A DNA stretch of 64,000 nucleotides from Chloroflexota bacterium (GTDB lineage Bacteria; Chloroflexota; UBA11872; VXOZ01), in contig CAXXVD010000002.1 in NCBI GenBank assembly GCA_963662335.2, positions 192,001 to 256,000 of the forward strand, given 5' to 3'. Of this stretch, positions 35,283 through 46,022 are shown piece after piece (within the stretch, counting starts at the first letter, position 1; each line of letters starts with the position of its first letter). Position numbers and translations under genes: made by a program. A model generated the notes under the pieces. That model saw only the letters and a program-made list of their open reading frames with translations, was not told the DNA's origin and searched no databases.

Positions 35283-36326
35283 ATGGACCAAACCCAGAAA
35301 CCGACGGAACAGGTTGCCGATTCGGAACTTCCGGTACGTGACTCCGGCGATCTCGCCAACTACGAGCGCGACCAACTCATCGACTTCTACTCCAGCATGT
35401 TATTCGTCAGGCGCTTCGAGGAGCGCGTGGCGGAGATGTACCTGCGCGCCAAGATTGGCGGCTACTGCCACCTGAACATCGGCGAAGAGGCCTCCGTCGT
35501 TGGCATGCTCAAAGCGTTGCGAGAAGACGACTATTTCTTTGGCAGCTATCGCGTGCACGGCTCCGCAATCGTGCGCGACGTGCCGGCCGGCGCGGTAATG
35601 GCGGAACTCTTCGGCAAGCGCGACGGCTGCGCCCGCGGCCGCGGCGGCTCCATGCACCTGGTGGATCCCGACCGCCGCTTCATGGGCGGCTACGGCATCG
35701 TCGGCGGCAGCATTCCGCTCTCCACCGGCGTCGCCTTTGCCAGCAAGTACCGGGGCACGGACGAAATCGTGATGTCGGTCTTTGGCGACGGGGCCACGAA
35801 TATCGGCGCGTTTCACGAGGCGCTGAACATGGCCAGCCTCTGGAAACTGCCCAACCTCTTCATCTGCACCAACAACCAGTACGGCATGGGCACCAGCGTC
35901 GCCCGCGCTTCCGCCGTGACCGAACTCTGGAAGAAAGGCGTGGCCTACGACATCCCCGGCTATAAGGTCAACGGCATGGACGTGCTGGCGGTCTACCAGC
36001 TTACCAAGAAACTGGTGGAGGAGGTGCGCCGCACCAGCGAGCCGATTTTCGTGGAGTGCGTGACCTACCGCTACCGGGGCCACTCCATGGCCGACGCCGG
36101 CAAGAACTACCGCACGGAAGAGGAAATCGCGGAGTGGCGCGCGCGCGATCCGGTGGAGAACTTCCGCCAACGCCTGCTCGAGGGCGAGATCTTCACGCAA
36201 AACGACGCCGACGCCATTGAAGACGACGTGCTGGCGCGGGTGCAGGACGCGGTGGACTTTGCCGAGGAGAGCCCGTTCCCGGACGTGGCCGACCTGCACC
36301 AGTTCGTGTACGCGGAGGACGGCTAG
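35283..36326 (+). CDS. pdhA: Pyruvate dehydrogenase E1 alpha
   Basis: GRGGSMH, FGDGATNIG TPP motif, TYRYRGHSMAD; RBS aaggagg. Confidence 0.93.
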   Translation: MDQTQKPTEQVADSELPVRDSGDLANYERDQLIDFYSSMLFVRRFEERVAEMYLRAKIGGYCHLNIGEEASVVGMLKALREDDYFFGSYRVHGSAIVRDVPAGAVMAELFGKRDGCARGRGGSMHLVDPDRRFMGGYGIVGGSIPLSTGVAFASKYRGTDEIVMSVFGDGATNIGAFHEALNMASLWKLPNLFICTNNQYGMGTSVARASAVTELWKKGVAYDIPGYKVNGMDVLAVYQLTKKLVEEVRRTSEPIFVECVTYRYRGHSMADAGKNYRTEEEIAEWRARDPVENFRQRLLEGEIFTQNDADAIEDDVLARVQDAVDFAEESPFPDVADLHQFVYAEDG

Positions 36327-36328
36327 CC

Positions 36329-37306
36329 ATGGCCGAAATCACCTACCGCGAAGCCTTGCGCGACGCCCTGATCGAAGAGATGGACCACGACCCGGACGTC
36401 CTGGTCATGGGCGAAGAGGTCGGCGTCTTCCAGGGCGCGTACAAAGTTACCGAAGGTCTGCTGGACCGCTTTGGCGAGAAGCGCGTGGTGGATACGCCCA
36501 TCGCCGAGGAAGGCTTTATCGGCATCGGGGCCGGCGCGGCCATGACGGGACTGCGGCCCGTGGTCGAACTTATGACCATCAACTTCGGCATGGTGGCCAT
36601 GGACCAGATCGCCAATCACGCCGCCAAGATCAGCTACATGTTCGGCGGCCGGCTCAAGTGCCCCATGGTCATTCGCGCCCCCGGCGGCGGCGGCCAGCAA
36701 CTCACGGCCCAGCACTCGCACAGCCTGGACGTCTGGTTTGCCTACATCCCCGGCTTGAAAGTGGTCGCGCCGGCCGTGCCCGCCGACGCCAAGGGCATGC
36801 TCAAGACCGCCATCCGCGACGACAACCCGGTGATGTTCCTGGAACACCTGGCGCTCTACAACACACGCGGCGTGGTGCCGGAAGGCGAGCACACGGTGCC
36901 GTTTGGGGAAGCGGACGTGAAGCGCGTGGGCAGCGACGTTACGCTCATCGCCCACTCGCGTATGGCGCTCTTTGCGCTGCAAGCCGCCGCCCAACTGAGC
37001 GAAGAGGGCATCAGCGCGGAAGTCATCGACCTGCGCAGTATCCGCCCGCTGGACGTGGAGACGCTGGTCCACTCGGTGGAGAAGACGAACCACTGCGTGA
37101 TCGCGGAAGAAGAGCACCGCTCGTTTGGCGTGAACGCCGAGGTGGCCGCCACCATCTATGAAGAGGCGTTCGACCATTTGGACGCCCCTATCGGCCGGGT
37201 TGGCGGCGTGGAAGTGCCCATGCCCTACTCCAAACCGCTGGAACAAGCCGTAATACCTGGGCCGGAAAGCATCGTCAACGCCGTCAAGGCCACCCTCAAC
37301 CGGTAG
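36329..37306 (+). CDS. pdhB: Pyruvate dehydrogenase E1 beta
   Basis: DTPIAE, AQHSHS, IDLRSIRPLD. Confidence 0.93.
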   Translation: MAEITYREALRDALIEEMDHDPDVLVMGEEVGVFQGAYKVTEGLLDRFGEKRVVDTPIAEEGFIGIGAGAAMTGLRPVVELMTINFGMVAMDQIANHAAKISYMFGGRLKCPMVIRAPGGGGQQLTAQHSHSLDVWFAYIPGLKVVAPAVPADAKGMLKTAIRDDNPVMFLEHLALYNTRGVVPEGEHTVPFGEADVKRVGSDVTLIAHSRMALFALQAAAQLSEEGISAEVIDLRSIRPLDVETLVHSVEKTNHCVIAEEEHRSFGVNAEVAATIYEEAFDHLDAPIGRVGGVEVPMPYSKPLEQAVIPGPESIVNAVKATLNR

Positions 37307-37333
37307 GCGGCAGAAAGAGGACTACTCCACATC

Positions 37334-38581
37334 ATGGCGCGCGAAGTCCCCATGCCCCGCCTCAGCGATACCATGGAGGAAGGCCGTGTCCTCCAGTGGT
37401 ATAAGCAGGTGGGCGACAGCGTGGCGAAAGGCGAATTGCTGGCCGAGATCGAGACCGACAAAGCGGTGATGGACCTGGAGTCGGTCGAGGAAGGCACACT
37501 GCTGCAACTGCTGGTGGCGGAGGGCGGCTCGGCCGCCTTGGGCGCGCCAATCGCGCTGGTGGGCGACGCGAGCGAACTGGGCAGCGAGGCCGCGGCCGCC
37601 GCGCCTGCGGCTGAGTCCGCGCCCGCGACTGCGGCGGCGCAGCCAAGCGCCGCCGCAAGCGACGGCGGCCCGCCGCCTACGTCATTTGCGCCGCAAGCCG
37701 CCGGGCAAGAGACCGGCGCAAGGCAAGATACCGGCCGTATCAAAGCCTCGCCGCTCGCCCGCCGCATCGCCGCCGAACAAGGCGTAGACCTTTCCCAAAT
37801 TGCGGGCACCGGGCCCGGCGGCCGCATCGTCAAGGACGACGTGGAGAACGCCGCCCGCACCGCGGCCGCGGCGGAAGACCCCGCCGCAATGCCAAGCGAG
37901 ACCGAGGTGGCGTCGCCCTCGCGCATGCAGGCCACTATCATCCGGCGCATGTTGGAGAGCAAGACCACCGTGCCCCACTTCTACCTGACGATGGAAGTGG
38001 ACATGAGCGCCGCCAAGGCCATGCGCGCCGAGGTGAACGCCGCCTGGAGCGAGGAAGAGCGGATCAGCTACAACGACATTGTAATCCGGGCCACCGCGCT
38101 TGCGCTGATGCGGCACCCAGACGCCAACGGCTCGTACCGCGACGGCGGCTTCGTCTACCACCAGGCGGCCAACATCGGCATTGCCGTGGCCGTGCCCGAG
38201 GGTCTGCTGGTGCCCGTGCTCAAGAACTGCGACACCAAGCCGCTGCGCCAACTGGCCGTGGAAGCGAAAGTGCTGGCGGAGCGCACGCGGCAAGGCCGCA
38301 ACCGCCCCGGCGACCTGGAAGGCGGCACGTTTACGGTCTCGAATCTCGGCATGTTCGGCGTGCGCGATTTCTACGCCATTGTCAATCCGCCGCAGGCCGC
38401 CATCATCGCGGTGGGCGCGATCGAGCCGCGTCCGGTTGTCCGCGATGGCGAGATCGTCGCGCGCGACATCATGTACCTCAGCATCTCCGCCGACCACCGC
38501 ATCCTCTACGGCGCGCCCGCCGCCGAGTTCCTGCGCGACTTGAAAGACCTGCTGGAGAATCCGTACAACCTCTTGATTTAA
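37334..38581 (+). CDS. pdhC: Dihydrolipoamide acetyltransferase E2
   Basis: One lipoyl domain (ETDKA), E3-binding ASPLARRIA...GTGPGGRI, catalytic DHRILYG. Confidence 0.92.
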   Translation: MAREVPMPRLSDTMEEGRVLQWYKQVGDSVAKGELLAEIETDKAVMDLESVEEGTLLQLLVAEGGSAALGAPIALVGDASELGSEAAAAAPAAESAPATAAAQPSAAASDGGPPPTSFAPQAAGQETGARQDTGRIKASPLARRIAAEQGVDLSQIAGTGPGGRIVKDDVENAARTAAAAEDPAAMPSETEVASPSRMQATIIRRMLESKTTVPHFYLTMEVDMSAAKAMRAEVNAAWSEEERISYNDIVIRATALALMRHPDANGSYRDGGFVYHQAANIGIAVAVPEGLLVPVLKNCDTKPLRQLAVEAKVLAERTRQGRNRPGDLEGGTFTVSNLGMFGVRDFYAIVNPPQAAIIAVGAIEPRPVVRDGEIVARDIMYLSISADHRILYGAPAAEFLRDLKDLLENPYNLLI

Positions 38582-38942
38582 CGCGCGCGTTTCCTCAACT
38601 CGCTAGTAGACGACAAGGGGCGAACCCAGCGTTCGCCCCGCTTGATTCTGGTCTGAGTGAATCTTACTTTGCCGCGAGCGACGTGACGGTCATTGTGACT
38701 GTCATTCTGAGGAGCGCAGCGACGAAGAATCTAGGGCGCGAGCGGCACGAGATTCCTCGCTGCGCTCGGAATGACGGGAGACGCGGCTTCAGTCTCTCGT
38801 TGAGACTGATAATACGGCTGCAATTTGATTCCTGACTAGCGCATTGGGCAAGATGGAAGGAGCGTGCGGCGCACGCTATCCCGGCAATTGCATGGCCAAC
38901 AAAACCGCCTACAGGCAAAGACACAGTAGAGAAAGAAGCGCA

Positions 38943-40358
38943 ATGTCAGACAAATCGTACGACGTGGTGATCATCGGCGGCGGGCCCGGCGGCTATCCGG
39001 CCGCCATTCGCGGCGCGCAACTTGGCCTGAAGGTGGCCGTGGTGGAGAAAGACCAGGTCGGCGGCGTCTGTCTCCACAAGGGCTGCATCCCCACCAAGGC
39101 GCTGCTCGAGTCCGCCGAGCGCCTGCACCACGCCCGTGACGAGAGCGCGGCGTTCGGCGTCGTGGCGCCGGACGTTTCCTTCGATTACGCCAAAGTGCTG
39201 GCGCGCAAGTCCCAGGTGGTGGGGCAACTCCACAAGGGCGTGCAGGGCCTGCTGCAACGCAACAGGATCGACGTATTCTACGGCGCCGGCGCACTCACTT
39301 CGCCCCAGTCAGTGCGCGTGGCGGGCAACGACGGCGACCACGACCTGCGCGCCGCCAACGTCGTCATCGCCACCGGCTCACGCCCCCGCAGCCTGCCCGG
39401 GCTGGAACTGAACGGCACAACCGTCATCAGCAGCGACCACGCGCTGGAACTCACGACGCTGCCAAAGTCGATAATCATACTCGGGGCGGGAGCGGTAGGC
39501 GTGGAGTGGGCCAGCCTCTTCCACGACTTTGGCGTTGCGGTCACGATCGTGGAAATCATGCCGGCGCTGGTACCACTGGAAGACAACGACGTCGGCAAGG
39601 AACTCGGCCGCTCGTTCACCCGGCGCGGCATCACCGTCAAGACCGGCGCCAAGCTGCTGGTGGAGAGCCTAAAGAGCGAGGAAAAGTCCGTATCCGTGGA
39701 CGTCGAGACGGCGGGCAAGCGAGAGTCCTTGCAGGCGGACCTGCTGCTCGTGGCCGTGGGCCGCGCCGGCAACGTGGAAGAACTCGGCCTGGAGGCGCTC
39801 GGCGTAAAGACGGAGCGCGGCGTGATTCCGGTTGACGGCTGCGGCCGCACCAACGTGCCGCACGTCTACGCGATTGGCGACGTGGCCGGCGGCTACCTGC
39901 TCGCCCACAAAGCCACCGCCGAGGGGCATATCGTCATGGAACACCTGGCCGGCGAGGAGACCTATCCCTTAGACCCCAACCGCGTGCCGCGCGCCACGTA
40001 CTGCCGGCCCGAAATCGCCAGCAGCGGCCTTACGGAACAGGAAGCCGCCGATCAGGGCCGGGACGTGAAAGTAGGCCGTTTCCCCTTTGCCGCCCTGGGG
40101 CGGGCGCTCATCAAGGGGCAAACCGAAGGCTTCGTCAAGCTGGTCAGCGACGCCGGGACCGGCGAAATCCTGGGCGCGCACGCCATCGGCCCCAACGCCA
40201 CCGACATCATCGCCGAGATGGGACTGGCCCAACTGCTGGAAGCCACGCCGCTGGAGGTCGGCCTGAACGTCCATCCGCACCCGACGCTCTCGGAGGCGGT
40301 CATGGAAGCCGCCTGGGACGTCGACCGCCGCGCCATCCACGTCTTCCGCCGACAGTAG
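38943..40358 (+). CDS. lpdA: Dihydrolipoyl dehydrogenase
   Basis: GGGPGGY, GGVCLHKGCIPTK, HPHPTLSE. Confidence 0.95.
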   Translation: MSDKSYDVVIIGGGPGGYPAAIRGAQLGLKVAVVEKDQVGGVCLHKGCIPTKALLESAERLHHARDESAAFGVVAPDVSFDYAKVLARKSQVVGQLHKGVQGLLQRNRIDVFYGAGALTSPQSVRVAGNDGDHDLRAANVVIATGSRPRSLPGLELNGTTVISSDHALELTTLPKSIIILGAGAVGVEWASLFHDFGVAVTIVEIMPALVPLEDNDVGKELGRSFTRRGITVKTGAKLLVESLKSEEKSVSVDVETAGKRESLQADLLLVAVGRAGNVEELGLEALGVKTERGVIPVDGCGRTNVPHVYAIGDVAGGYLLAHKATAEGHIVMEHLAGEETYPLDPNRVPRATYCRPEIASSGLTEQEAADQGRDVKVGRFPFAALGRALIKGQTEGFVKLVSDAGTGEILGAHAIGPNATDIIAEMGLAQLLEATPLEVGLNVHPHPTLSEAVMEAAWDVDRRAIHVFRRQ

Positions 40359-40380
40359 GCCAAAATCCCCTCTCCCTTAA

Positions 40381-41630
40381 GGAGACCTTTGCATAAACCC
40401 TAGTGTAGGGGTGAAAATAGGGAGAGGCAGGCCTGCGCTAACCGGAGGGTGTCATGCACCAGGAACTGGGTCGACCGTCACTGAGCGAGTATATGTTGCC
40501 GGAGGGATTGGGGCAGAACGAGCGGTTGGAGCGGATAGAAGCGGCGGTGGATTGGGAGCGGATGGGGGAGTTGGTGGCGGGCATCTATGGGTCTGAGCGG
40601 GGACGGCCAAGCTACCCACCGTTGCTGATGGTGAAGGTGTTGTTGTTGCAGCAGTGGTACAACCTATCGGATCCGGTGATGGAGGAGATGTTGCGGGATC
40701 GGCTCTCGTTCCGGCGGTTCGTGGGGTTGGGGCTTGCGGACAAGACGCCGGATCACTCGACGCTGAGCCGGTTTCGGGGGCAGATCGCGGCGCGTGGGTT
40801 GAGCGAAGCGTTGTTTGCGGAGTTGGGGGCGCAGTTTGAGGAGCGTGGGTTGGTGGTGAAGAACGGGACGTTGCTGGACGCGACGCTGGTGGAAGCGCAG
40901 GTGCGGCGGCCGCCGGTGAAAGCGGGGCTGGGGAAGAAGGGTAAGAAAGACCCGGACGCGGATTGGACGCGCAGCGGGGCCAAGCGGCAAGCGCACTACG
41001 GGTACAAGGCGCACGTGGGGATGGACTTAGGGTCGGGGCTGGTGCGGCGGGCGGAACTGACGCCGGCCAAGGTGTCTGAGAGTGAGGTGGCAGACCGCTT
41101 GGTCTGTGGCGATGAACCGGCGGTGTACGCGGACAAGGCGTACGAGTCCAAGCGGCGGCGGGAGTGGCTGCGGTCACAGGGGATAGACGATTGCATCATG
41201 CACCGGTCGCACAAGCACCAGCGGGAATTGCCGCAGTGGCAGCAGGAGCGCAACGCGCGGATAGCGCGGGTGCGGGCGGTAGTGGAGCGGGTGTTCGGCA
41301 CGCTGAAGCGGAGTTACGGCTACCGGCGGGTGCGCTACCGGGGCCTGGGCCGCAACGGCGTGGAGGTGTGGTTCAAACTGATAGCGTACAACCTGCGGAC
41401 GGCGGAGACGTTGCTGGCACGCGCGGCCTAACCGAGAAAGGCAGAGCAGAGACGGCGGGAACCCGGTTCCCGCACCACCACAGCACCAAACTGACCCCTG
41501 CGCGGGGGCAAAGAGCCCGCTCAATACTCACGCACGGGCGAAGAACACCCCCCGGCGGAAGCTGAAAAATCCGCTTCCCAGCCCGGAACACCTATGTCTC
41601 GCCCAAAACCAGGATTACGCAAAGGTCTCC
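40381..41630 (+). mobile_element. IS5-family (IS1106/IS5-like) insertion sequence
   Basis: Terminal IRs ggagacctttgcataa / ttacgcaaaggtctcc (15/16 match); flanks ttaa/ttga are not a perfect TSD. Confidence 0.9.
40454..41431 (+). CDS. IS5-family DDE transposase
   Basis: GRPSYP, QQWYNLSD, PDHSTLSRFR, LDAT, YGYKAH, ADKAY, RAVVERVFGTLK. Confidence 0.93.
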   Translation: MHQELGRPSLSEYMLPEGLGQNERLERIEAAVDWERMGELVAGIYGSERGRPSYPPLLMVKVLLLQQWYNLSDPVMEEMLRDRLSFRRFVGLGLADKTPDHSTLSRFRGQIAARGLSEALFAELGAQFEERGLVVKNGTLLDATLVEAQVRRPPVKAGLGKKGKKDPDADWTRSGAKRQAHYGYKAHVGMDLGSGLVRRAELTPAKVSESEVADRLVCGDEPAVYADKAYESKRRREWLRSQGIDDCIMHRSHKHQRELPQWQQERNARIARVRAVVERVFGTLKRSYGYRRVRYRGLGRNGVEVWFKLIAYNLRTAETLLARAA

Positions 41631-41638
41631 TTGAGACG

Positions 41639-42268
41639 ATGGCAGACCGCATTCTCGACGCAACCGATCCCGCCGCCATTCAGCGCGCGGCGGCCATACT
41701 CCGCGCAGGCGGCATCGTCGCTTATCCCACCGACACCGTGTACGGGCTGGGCGCGAACGTGTTTCTGCCGGCGGCTCTGGAGAAAGTGGTGGCGGCCAAG
41801 CGGCGGCCGGAAGAGAAGCACTTGCCGGTGCTCATCGGCGCGCAAGCGCAACTGAAAGATCTCGTTACAAGCATTACGCCGGACGCGGAGAAACTGATGG
41901 CGGCATTCTGGCCCGGCGCGCTCACGCTCGTCCTGCCCAAGCGGCCGGAACTCTCGCCGTTGCTGGGCGACACGACCCTGGGCGCGCGGCTGCCGGACCA
42001 TCCGGCAATTCTGGAGTTGCTCGCGGCGGCCGGCGTGCCCATCACCGGCACCAGCGCCAACCGCAGCGGCCATCCGTCCGCCACCACGGCGCAAGCGGCG
42101 TGGGAGCAATTGGGCGCGGCGGTAGACCTGATTCTCGACGGCGGGCCGGCGCGCAGCAGCACGCCTTCCACCGTGATAGACTGCACGGTGCGGCCGGCGC
42201 GCATCTTGCGTGAAGGGGCGCTTACGCGGAGCGCGCTCGCCGCTGTCGCAGCAGTCCGCGCGCCCTAG
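41639..42268 (+). CDS. tsaC: L-threonylcarbamoyladenylate synthase (Sua5/YrdC)
   Basis: [36 protein letters not shown]; the longer ORF start lies inside the IS. Confidence 0.9.
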   Translation: MADRILDATDPAAIQRAAAILRAGGIVAYPTDTVYGLGANVFLPAALEKVVAAKRRPEEKHLPVLIGAQAQLKDLVTSITPDAEKLMAAFWPGALTLVLPKRPELSPLLGDTTLGARLPDHPAILELLAAAGVPITGTSANRSGHPSATTAQAAWEQLGAAVDLILDGGPARSSTPSTVIDCTVRPARILREGALTRSALAAVAAVRAP

Positions 42269-42722
42269 CCCAGAGCGCGGCCTCGTTGGCGAAGCTCAGC
42301 GTGCTCGTCACCCGCTCTTCCGGCACCCACAGGACGGCGTGCACCTCCGGGCTGGCGTCGTTGGCGCTGCCGCCGACGTACTCCATCAAGTAGAACTGGG
42401 CGGTCTTCGCAACCTGGCGGCCCCGGGCGCGAAAGACGTAGCGAATCGCGCCCACGCGCTCTACGATGCGCGCGTCTACGCCGGTTTCTTCCTTCACCTC
42501 GCGCAGGGCGGCGGCGCTGGCCGTTTCGCCGTGCTCCAGGTGGCCTTTCGGGAAGATCCAGCCGTCGTGGGCGCTGCTCTGGGTCACCAGCACGTTCAGC
42601 CCGCCGTTCTGCTCGCGGTAGACGATGCCGCCCGCGGAAATCTCTTTGTGCGGGCGGCGCTTCCGGTGGCGTTGCGGCGGAGGCGGCTTGCGGGCGCCAG
42701 GCTGTGTGCGCTTGCGGTTCAT
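42222..42722 (-). CDS. NUDIX hydrolase
   Basis: Nudix box [24 protein letters not shown]. Confidence 0.88.
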   Translation of the reverse strand: MNRKRTQPGARKPPPPQRHRKRRPHKEISAGGIVYREQNGGLNVLVTQSSAHDGWIFPKGHLEHGETASAAALREVKEETGVDARIVERVGAIRYVFRARGRQVAKTAQFYLMEYVGGSANDASPEVHAVLWVPEERVTSTLSFANEAALWARARGLLRQRRARSA

Positions 42723-42861
42723 GGCGCTTTTGCAGAGATTGGCTTCAGAAAACTATACTAAGAAGAAAGGCTCACGCTGCCGCGTGAGCGCAATACGACA
42801 AGCACTGCCGAAACGTGGTTCGAGCATACCACGTTTCCCAAACCGAGGTGGAGAATTCTCG

Positions 42862-44133
42862 ATGAGCGTTGCCATAGATATATTGACAGATAAGCTGCCC
42901 CAGGCGCGCGTTGCCTCCCGCGCCGTGGCGCAACTCGCCACCGCAACCAAGAACGCGGCGCTGCACGCGGTGGCCGCGGCCCTGGAGGCGGAGAGCGAAT
43001 ACCTGATCGCCGAAAACGCCAAAGACGTCTCCGCCGCCGAACAGGCGGCGCTGGACGTCTACACCATCGACCGCCTCACGCTTACGCCCAAAGTGCTGGC
43101 GGGGATTGCCGCCGACGTGCGCAAGGTGGCGGCGCTGGAAGACCCGGTGGGCGCGGTTAGCGAGATGCGCACGGTGGAGAGCGGCATCACGGTCGGGCGC
43201 ATTCGCGTGCCCTTTGGCGTGGTGGGCGCGATCTACGAGTCCCGGCCCAACGTGACCGTGGACATCGCCTGTCTCTGCTTCAAGTCCGGGAACGCCGTGG
43301 TGCTGCGCGGCGGTTCCGAGGCGATCCACAGCAACATCGCCCTGGCGCGGGTGATCCACGACGCCGGGCTGGAAGCCGGCGCGCCGCCGAACTGGGTGCA
43401 ACTGATCGAGGACACCGACCGCGAACTGGTGCACCGCATGTTGCGCGCCAAAGGCGAGATCGACCTGGTGATCCCGCGCGGCGGGGCCGGCCTGATCAAC
43501 TTCGTGGTGGAGAACGCGACCGTGCCGGTGATCGAGACCGGCGCCGGCGTCTGCCATACCTACGTGGACGCCCACGCCGACCTGGAAAAAGCCCAGCGCA
43601 TCGTGGTGAACGCCAAGACCCGGCGCTATACAATCTGCAACGCCCTGGATACGCTGCTGGTGCACGCGGACGTGGCGCGGGAGTTTCTGCCGGCCGTCTT
43701 TCCCGATTTGGCGGCGGCGGACGTGGAGATTCACGGCTGCCCGCGCACCCAGGCCATCCTGGGCGAGTCGCTCCGGGTGCGGCCGGCCACGGACGACGAC
43801 TGGGGCACGGAGTTTCTGGCGCTGACCATGGCGGTGAAGGTGGTGGACGACTTCGAGGCCGCCCTGGAGCACCTGCACGCCTACACTTCCGGCCACTCGG
43901 AGGCGATCGTGACGCAGGACTATACCGCCGGCCAGCGCTTCATGCGCGAAGTAGACGCCGCCGCCCTCTACTGGAACGCTTCGACCCAGTTCACCGATGG
44001 CGCGCAGTTCGGCCTCGGCGCGGAGGTGGGCATCAGCACCCAGAAGCTCCACGCCCGCGGCCCCATGGCCCTGCACGAGATGACGACGTACAAGTGGCTG
44101 GTCTACGGCGACGGCGCGACGCGGCCGCGCTAA
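42862..44133 (+). CDS. proA: Gamma-glutamyl phosphate reductase
   Basis: YESRPNVT, PRGG, ICNALDTLL, NASTQFTDG, ISTQKLHARGPM. Confidence 0.95.
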   Translation: MSVAIDILTDKLPQARVASRAVAQLATATKNAALHAVAAALEAESEYLIAENAKDVSAAEQAALDVYTIDRLTLTPKVLAGIAADVRKVAALEDPVGAVSEMRTVESGITVGRIRVPFGVVGAIYESRPNVTVDIACLCFKSGNAVVLRGGSEAIHSNIALARVIHDAGLEAGAPPNWVQLIEDTDRELVHRMLRAKGEIDLVIPRGGAGLINFVVENATVPVIETGAGVCHTYVDAHADLEKAQRIVVNAKTRRYTICNALDTLLVHADVAREFLPAVFPDLAAADVEIHGCPRTQAILGESLRVRPATDDDWGTEFLALTMAVKVVDDFEAALEHLHAYTSGHSEAIVTQDYTAGQRFMREVDAAALYWNASTQFTDGAQFGLGAEVGISTQKLHARGPMALHEMTTYKWLVYGDGATRPR

Positions 44134-44535
44134 CCGCGCGCCGCGGCCGCGCAACGTCGTCTCCGCTCGCGCAACGCCGCCTCCGCTGGCGCGACATCAT
44201 CTCCGGTAGCGCAGGTTTGCAGCCTGCGCCCGCGCGGGTCGTCTCGCGAGTCGCCCGCCAATGCGGAAGGCAATCACAAGAACGCCTTTACCCCACTTAT
44301 CAAACGGCGTAGGGGCACGACATGTCGTGCCCCTACGCCGTCTCGATGGAGTTTCAAGGCTCGTAGCAGCGCGTAGCCGCTATCGACTACAATGCGGCGG
44401 TCTCCGCGACAGCATCGAGGCGTACCCCTAAGTCATTCCGAGCGCAGCCGGCGAACCGTGGCTTGCGAACCGTAGCGCGGGGGCTTGTCCCCCGCTCTTG
44501 AGCGCGAATGCTGCCGGACGCCGAGGGCAGATCGG

Positions 44536-44952
44536 CTAGTCTTTTGGCTCAGGGGTCTGGACGACGGAGCGGCCGGCCGGCGTGGGTGTAGGCTCTTGAT
44601 TCGGCGGCGGAGGGATGACCAGTTGCTGGCCAACTTGAAGGGGGTAAGGGTCCTCGAGATCGTTTGCATTGGCGATGTCCAGATACGTCACACCGGGAAA
44701 CTGGCTCGCGATTCCGCTCAGGGTGTCACCCGACTTCACCACGTAGACAGTCCCTTCAGCCGGCGGCGGTGTCGGTTCCGCGATCGCGGTGGGACTGGGC
44801 CGGATGATCATGATGGTGGGTGTGGGCGTGGGCGGCGTTTCCGCGCCGTTTTCGTCGCCCAGGAACGGAATGCACGCGCCCGCCAGCACGGCCGCCGCCA
44901 TGCCCAGCAGCAACGCAAGCGCGCTCGAATCTCGACCTCTCACTAGGTTCAT
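44536..44952 (-). CDS. LysM-domain lipoprotein
   Basis: LAGAC lipobox, PT-rich linkers, YVVKSGDTLSGIA...LQVGQQLVIP. Confidence 0.82.
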   Translation of the reverse strand: MNLVRGRDSSALALLLGMAAAVLAGACIPFLGDENGAETPPTPTPTIMIIRPSPTAIAEPTPPPAEGTVYVVKSGDTLSGIASQFPGVTYLDIANANDLEDPYPLQVGQQLVIPPPPNQEPTPTPAGRSVVQTPEPKD

Positions 44953-45139
44953 TCTCCCCGCTACCGTATACGCGGCAAGACACACACCTACCTAATGTAG
45001 TACAGCGCACACGGCTTTGACAAGCGCCCACCGCCCCACCGGCGCGCCCGGCGGGGGCGGCGGGCGCGGCCTCAGTCGTCCGCTCTGGGCTCGAAGTCCA
45101 GGTGCGCCTTGCTCTCTCGGAAATCTCCTGAATGGCGCC

Positions 45140-45874
45140 TCACCCTGTAATCATGTCGGCTGGCAGGTGTTCTACGCTATTCAGGTAACGCACCGTAGTC
45201 TCGTTCTCTTCGATAATCAGATTCGACATCCCCGTATGGGCATGATTGAAATAGACCTTCTCGTATTCCGTGCTCCCCAGTAAGCCATGCAAGATGTAAT
45301 TGGACGCCGTGCCGTGTGAAACGATGGCAATGCGCTCATCTGAATTCTTTGCCATCGCGCGTAGGTCCTGCGCCACTCGTTGCAGGCGCGGGAGACACTC
45401 GGCCTCCGTCTCCGGCGGACGATTCCACCACCCGTCATCCGCAAAGTCCGGCGGGATGACGAATTCGGGAAATTGCTCTTCCACCTCAACGCGGGTAAGC
45501 CCCGGCACGCCCCGCGCGCCGCGTCCGTCACCTTCGTCATGCCACAATCCAGTCAATTCATGGAGACCCAGCCAAATCTCGGGACGGAGGCCGAGCGCGG
45601 CTGCCACGAGCTGCGCCGTCTGCAGCGCCCGTCGCATTGGACTGCAGAAGAGGCGCGTAATCGCAAACACCAATCGATCATGGGGCAGAGGTTGGGTATG
45701 CTCCTCAGGCACTATTCCTCTGCTCATGTGCTCGCCAAGCAGTGCAGCTTGCCTGCGGCCCACTTCCGTGAGCGCGGGATCAGGGAGGAGGCTTCGTTCT
45801 TCCGGCGGCACGCTGGCAAAAGGCACACCCCTGCGATACGTCACGTGGCCGTGGCGAATTATGTAGAGCCTCAT
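45140..45874 (-). CDS. Histidine phosphatase (phosphoglycerate mutase family)
   Basis: IIRHG, CSPMRRALQTA, VSHG. Confidence 0.85.
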   Translation of the reverse strand: MRLYIIRHGHVTYRRGVPFASVPPEERSLLPDPALTEVGRRQAALLGEHMSRGIVPEEHTQPLPHDRLVFAITRLFCSPMRRALQTAQLVAAALGLRPEIWLGLHELTGLWHDEGDGRGARGVPGLTRVEVEEQFPEFVIPPDFADDGWWNRPPETEAECLPRLQRVAQDLRAMAKNSDERIAIVSHGTASNYILHGLLGSTEYEKVYFNHAHTGMSNLIIEENETTVRYLNSVEHLPADMITG

Positions 45875-46022
45875 GATAGGCCTAGTCCTTCAATCTCTTT
45901 TCCAATCAACTGATTCTGGAGCAACGGGCAATGCGCCAATGGAACGACAGACGTTGTCATCTAAAGAGGCGAATGTCGACCCTGCCAGCGTGAACGCCGG
46001 CCAGATCCCTCAGCGCGCGGCG

